Assembly: GCA_002269645.1 (NCBI GenBank)
Contig: NIVC01000293.1
Coordinates: forward strand, 248,001-312,000
DNA: 64,000 nucleotides
DNA from: Macrostomum lignano
Lineage: Eukaryota
Direction of reading: 5' to 3'
The notes under the pieces: generated by a model
Seen by the model: only the letters and a program-made list of their open reading frames with translations
Database searches by the model: none
Told to the model about the DNA's origin: nothing
Program-made: the position numbers and the translations under genes
Shown: positions 61,501 to 64,000 of the stretch, in pieces
Layout of the letters: every line of letters starts with the position of its first letter
How positions within the stretch are numbered: position 1 is the first letter of the stretch

Positions 61501-62789
61501 TCGTAGTTGTGTTGGCTGGGGACTTTCGCCAGCTTCTCGCCGTCATCAAAGGTGGAACTGCGGCCAATATGGTGGACGCATGCATTAATCACAGTGCATT
61601 ATGGTCAGGGTTCGTGAAGCACCGGCTGACTCGAAACCTTCGGCTTCAGGCAGAGAGCGACTCTGGGGCTGCAAATTACGCGGAATTCCTGCTGCAAGTG
61701 AGTACAGTGCTATCCCTTGCTTTAAAAGTAGCATTTTTTGGGTAATTTTTTCGCTGGCTCGTATGAGCCTAAAAGTACTGTTTCTTTATGAGCCTAAAAG
61801 TACTGTTCCTTTATGAGCCTAAAATTATGAGCCTAAAAGTACTGTTCCTTTATGAGCCTAAAAGTTTATTTTATGAGCCTAGAAATACTGTTTCTTCGTG
61901 TCTAAGTTTGCATTGGTATTCTTTATATTGTGTTCATCCTTTCATCCTGTATTTATACACGTGTAGTAACTTTTTCCTTTATTATTATTGCATATTCCAT
62001 TATCCATAATCACAATTACTCGAAAAGGTTGGCGAAGGACGACTCCCGGAGGACGACCAAGGCAACGTTGAGCTCCCAGCACAGATCTGCATGCCGGCAG
62101 GGGCGCAGACAAGAGACCTGATTCAGCACGTCTTCCCTACATTCGAGGAATCCGACGAGCGCAACAGGCTGTTCGAGTCAAGAGCCATCCTCGCCCCGCA
62201 CAACCGAACCGTCGATGAAATCAACGCTGCCTGCCTGGAGCTCTTCCCTGGCGAAGGGGTCGAGTACCGGTCGTTCGACTCCATCCCGAATGATGAAGAT
62301 GCGGCTACCCAGTTTCCCGTGGAGTCTCTCAACAGCCTGGATCCTCCTGGACTGCCGCAACATCTGCTTCGACTCAAGGTGGGTATGCCGGTGATGCTGC
62401 TGCGGAATCTGCACCCGCCTCGCCTGTGCAACGGCAGCCGACTGATCGTGACCAAACTGGAGCCCAATGTACTGGTCGCGAGGATTGCAACTGGAGCGTA
62501 CAAAGGTGAACAGGTGTTTTTGCCACGCATTCCATTGGAGCCAAGTACGGCTGACTTACCGATTGTATTTCGACGGCTCCAGTTTCCTGTTCGTCCTTGT
62601 TTTGCTATCACGGTCCACAAGAGCCAAGGCCAGACTCTGGACTTTTTTGGTGTACATTTGATTCTCTCTTGCTTTCAGCATGGACAATTGTATGTTGCCT
62701 TGAGCAGAGCCCGTGATCCCAAAAACATTCGCGTATTGGCTCCTGACAACAAGACTCGGAATGTCGTTCTGAAGCCTGTTCTCTCATAG
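58527..62789 (+). CDS. Helitron copy 2: 5'-truncated RepHel (HUH Rep + PIF1 helicase), spliced
   Basis: FITMTANPNW, EYQKRG|LPHVH and KYVVKYLNKG are Rep motifs. GGTGKS, VWDEAAM, GDFRQL and FAITVHKSQGQT are PIF1 motifs. Introns lie at about 59293, 59746 and 61698. Confidence 0.93.
61762..61885 (+). repeat. ~25-bp tandem repeat (tatgagcctaaaagtactgtt...) in a Helitron intron
   Basis: About 5-6 copies. Confidence 0.85.
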
Positions 62790-64000
62790 GAATTTCTTGT
62801 CGTGCTATACATTAGTTTACATTGATGCGACAAAGACATTATCGATTTTGCATTTCCTGGCATACTAACGGCTTGTATTTGTTAGGAACGCTGTTAAAAA
62901 AATTGTTTGCCTCCTTACTGCAATACTGCACTGTTATCCATACACTTATCTGTTCATCGTGTGCAATTTTATTAACTTCTGCAAAGTTTCGTTCACCATC
63001 TGAATGAATGCCTTGATCACCGCATAATGAAAGCCATGCAGGAAAAACATTGCATTATACAGCGTAGCTTATTTTTGCACTAGCGAAATTGATACATACA
63101 CGTAAAAATTTGCTTCATGTAAAAAATGTAATCACCAAATTTCTAACAAAGCTAAATATATACGCTTTTCTGGTATTTGTCGTAAAATAGTATATATATA
63201 TAATACTAGCGGTACCCCCACCCTTCGGGTGTTCCCATCCATCTAAATTCCATCAGGCCAAATTCACACACATTGCAACTCCTTGCCATGGACGTTGAAA
63301 TCAGCAAAAAAAATTTCATTTTGCTGATGTCAATTAAATCAAGACCTACGTTGTTCAACTTTCTAGAAAGATTTATTATCTCTATCGTTATTGTACCCAA
63401 TTTTCCTATTGGTTACAATGCAGGGGATTCATCCATCCCCTCTCCTACTCATCCATCCCCTCTCCCATCCATCCATCCATCCTCCTCCCACTCTCACCCA
63501 TCCCATCTCCCTCTATCTCACATTTATCCCACTGTCATATGGATAATGTAAGTTTACCAAATGGTCACTTCATTGGCGCTTTCCATATATTTTTTTCATT
63601 TTGCCATCCGTCCATGCATCGAAATTGGCATGTAAAACTGCGCACAGTTAAATTCTGTGGGAAAATTCGTCAATGGGATGTTATATCCGTTCGCATATAC
63701 TATTCCATGCACACAGAGTCATTTCATACAAATATGTCAGGAAAGAATAACAAACACGAGAAGTATTACTTAACGCAGCAATTAAACAGCATAGCAGGCT
63801 ATCCTCGCCTCGATAAAGAAGCACAACAGATCTGAGTCCGTATCCTAATACCGTAGGTGAATTTGTTTTTTTTGTCACTGTCATTGTCGTAAAAAAATAG
63901 TAGTGGTGTAATAAGTGATCCGCTGCAAGATGTATCATTGCGTGTATAACAAACTATACTATAGTATGTATTAATTAACTACAATTTTGGGAAACTTACT
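62110..64000 (+). repeat. Near-identical duplicate of 54736-56630
   Basis: Differs only by small indels in short repeats. Confidence 0.92.

Overview
AT-rich eukaryotic (invertebrate-like animal) DNA made almost entirely of nested transposable elements; no ordinary host gene is recognisable. The main structure is a set of nine ~1.0-1.14 kb solo-LTR-like units (eight of one family, one of a related family) between 3.3 and 35 kb. Eight of the nine are bounded by TG...CA and a perfect 4-bp target-site duplication (TSD), all nine point the same way, and three sit inside the first 15-75 bp of an earlier copy. Six carry a buried 'LTR end + tRNA-Leu primer-binding site (PBS)' just upstream of a second, integrase-used end. 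The innermost LTR was then hit at its first base by a 17-kb PIF/Harbinger element with ~700-830 bp TIRs and an ATT TSD. That element encodes a Myb/SANT protein and a DDE transposase, and contains a Sola2-type element (ATTT TSD, carrying a Crypton-like fragment) and an intact-looking spliced THAP/P-element transposase gene. Further right are mariner, MULE and two CACTA/EnSpm remnants, a USP-type protease pseudogene, an array of covarying RNA-like hairpin units (45.3-46.3 kb), a spliced RGG/CCHC ORF, and an OTU-bearing Helitron present as two complementary defective copies. A hAT MITE containing a tRNA-derived SINE opens the window. Family assignments come from motif recognition by eye; no database search was run.
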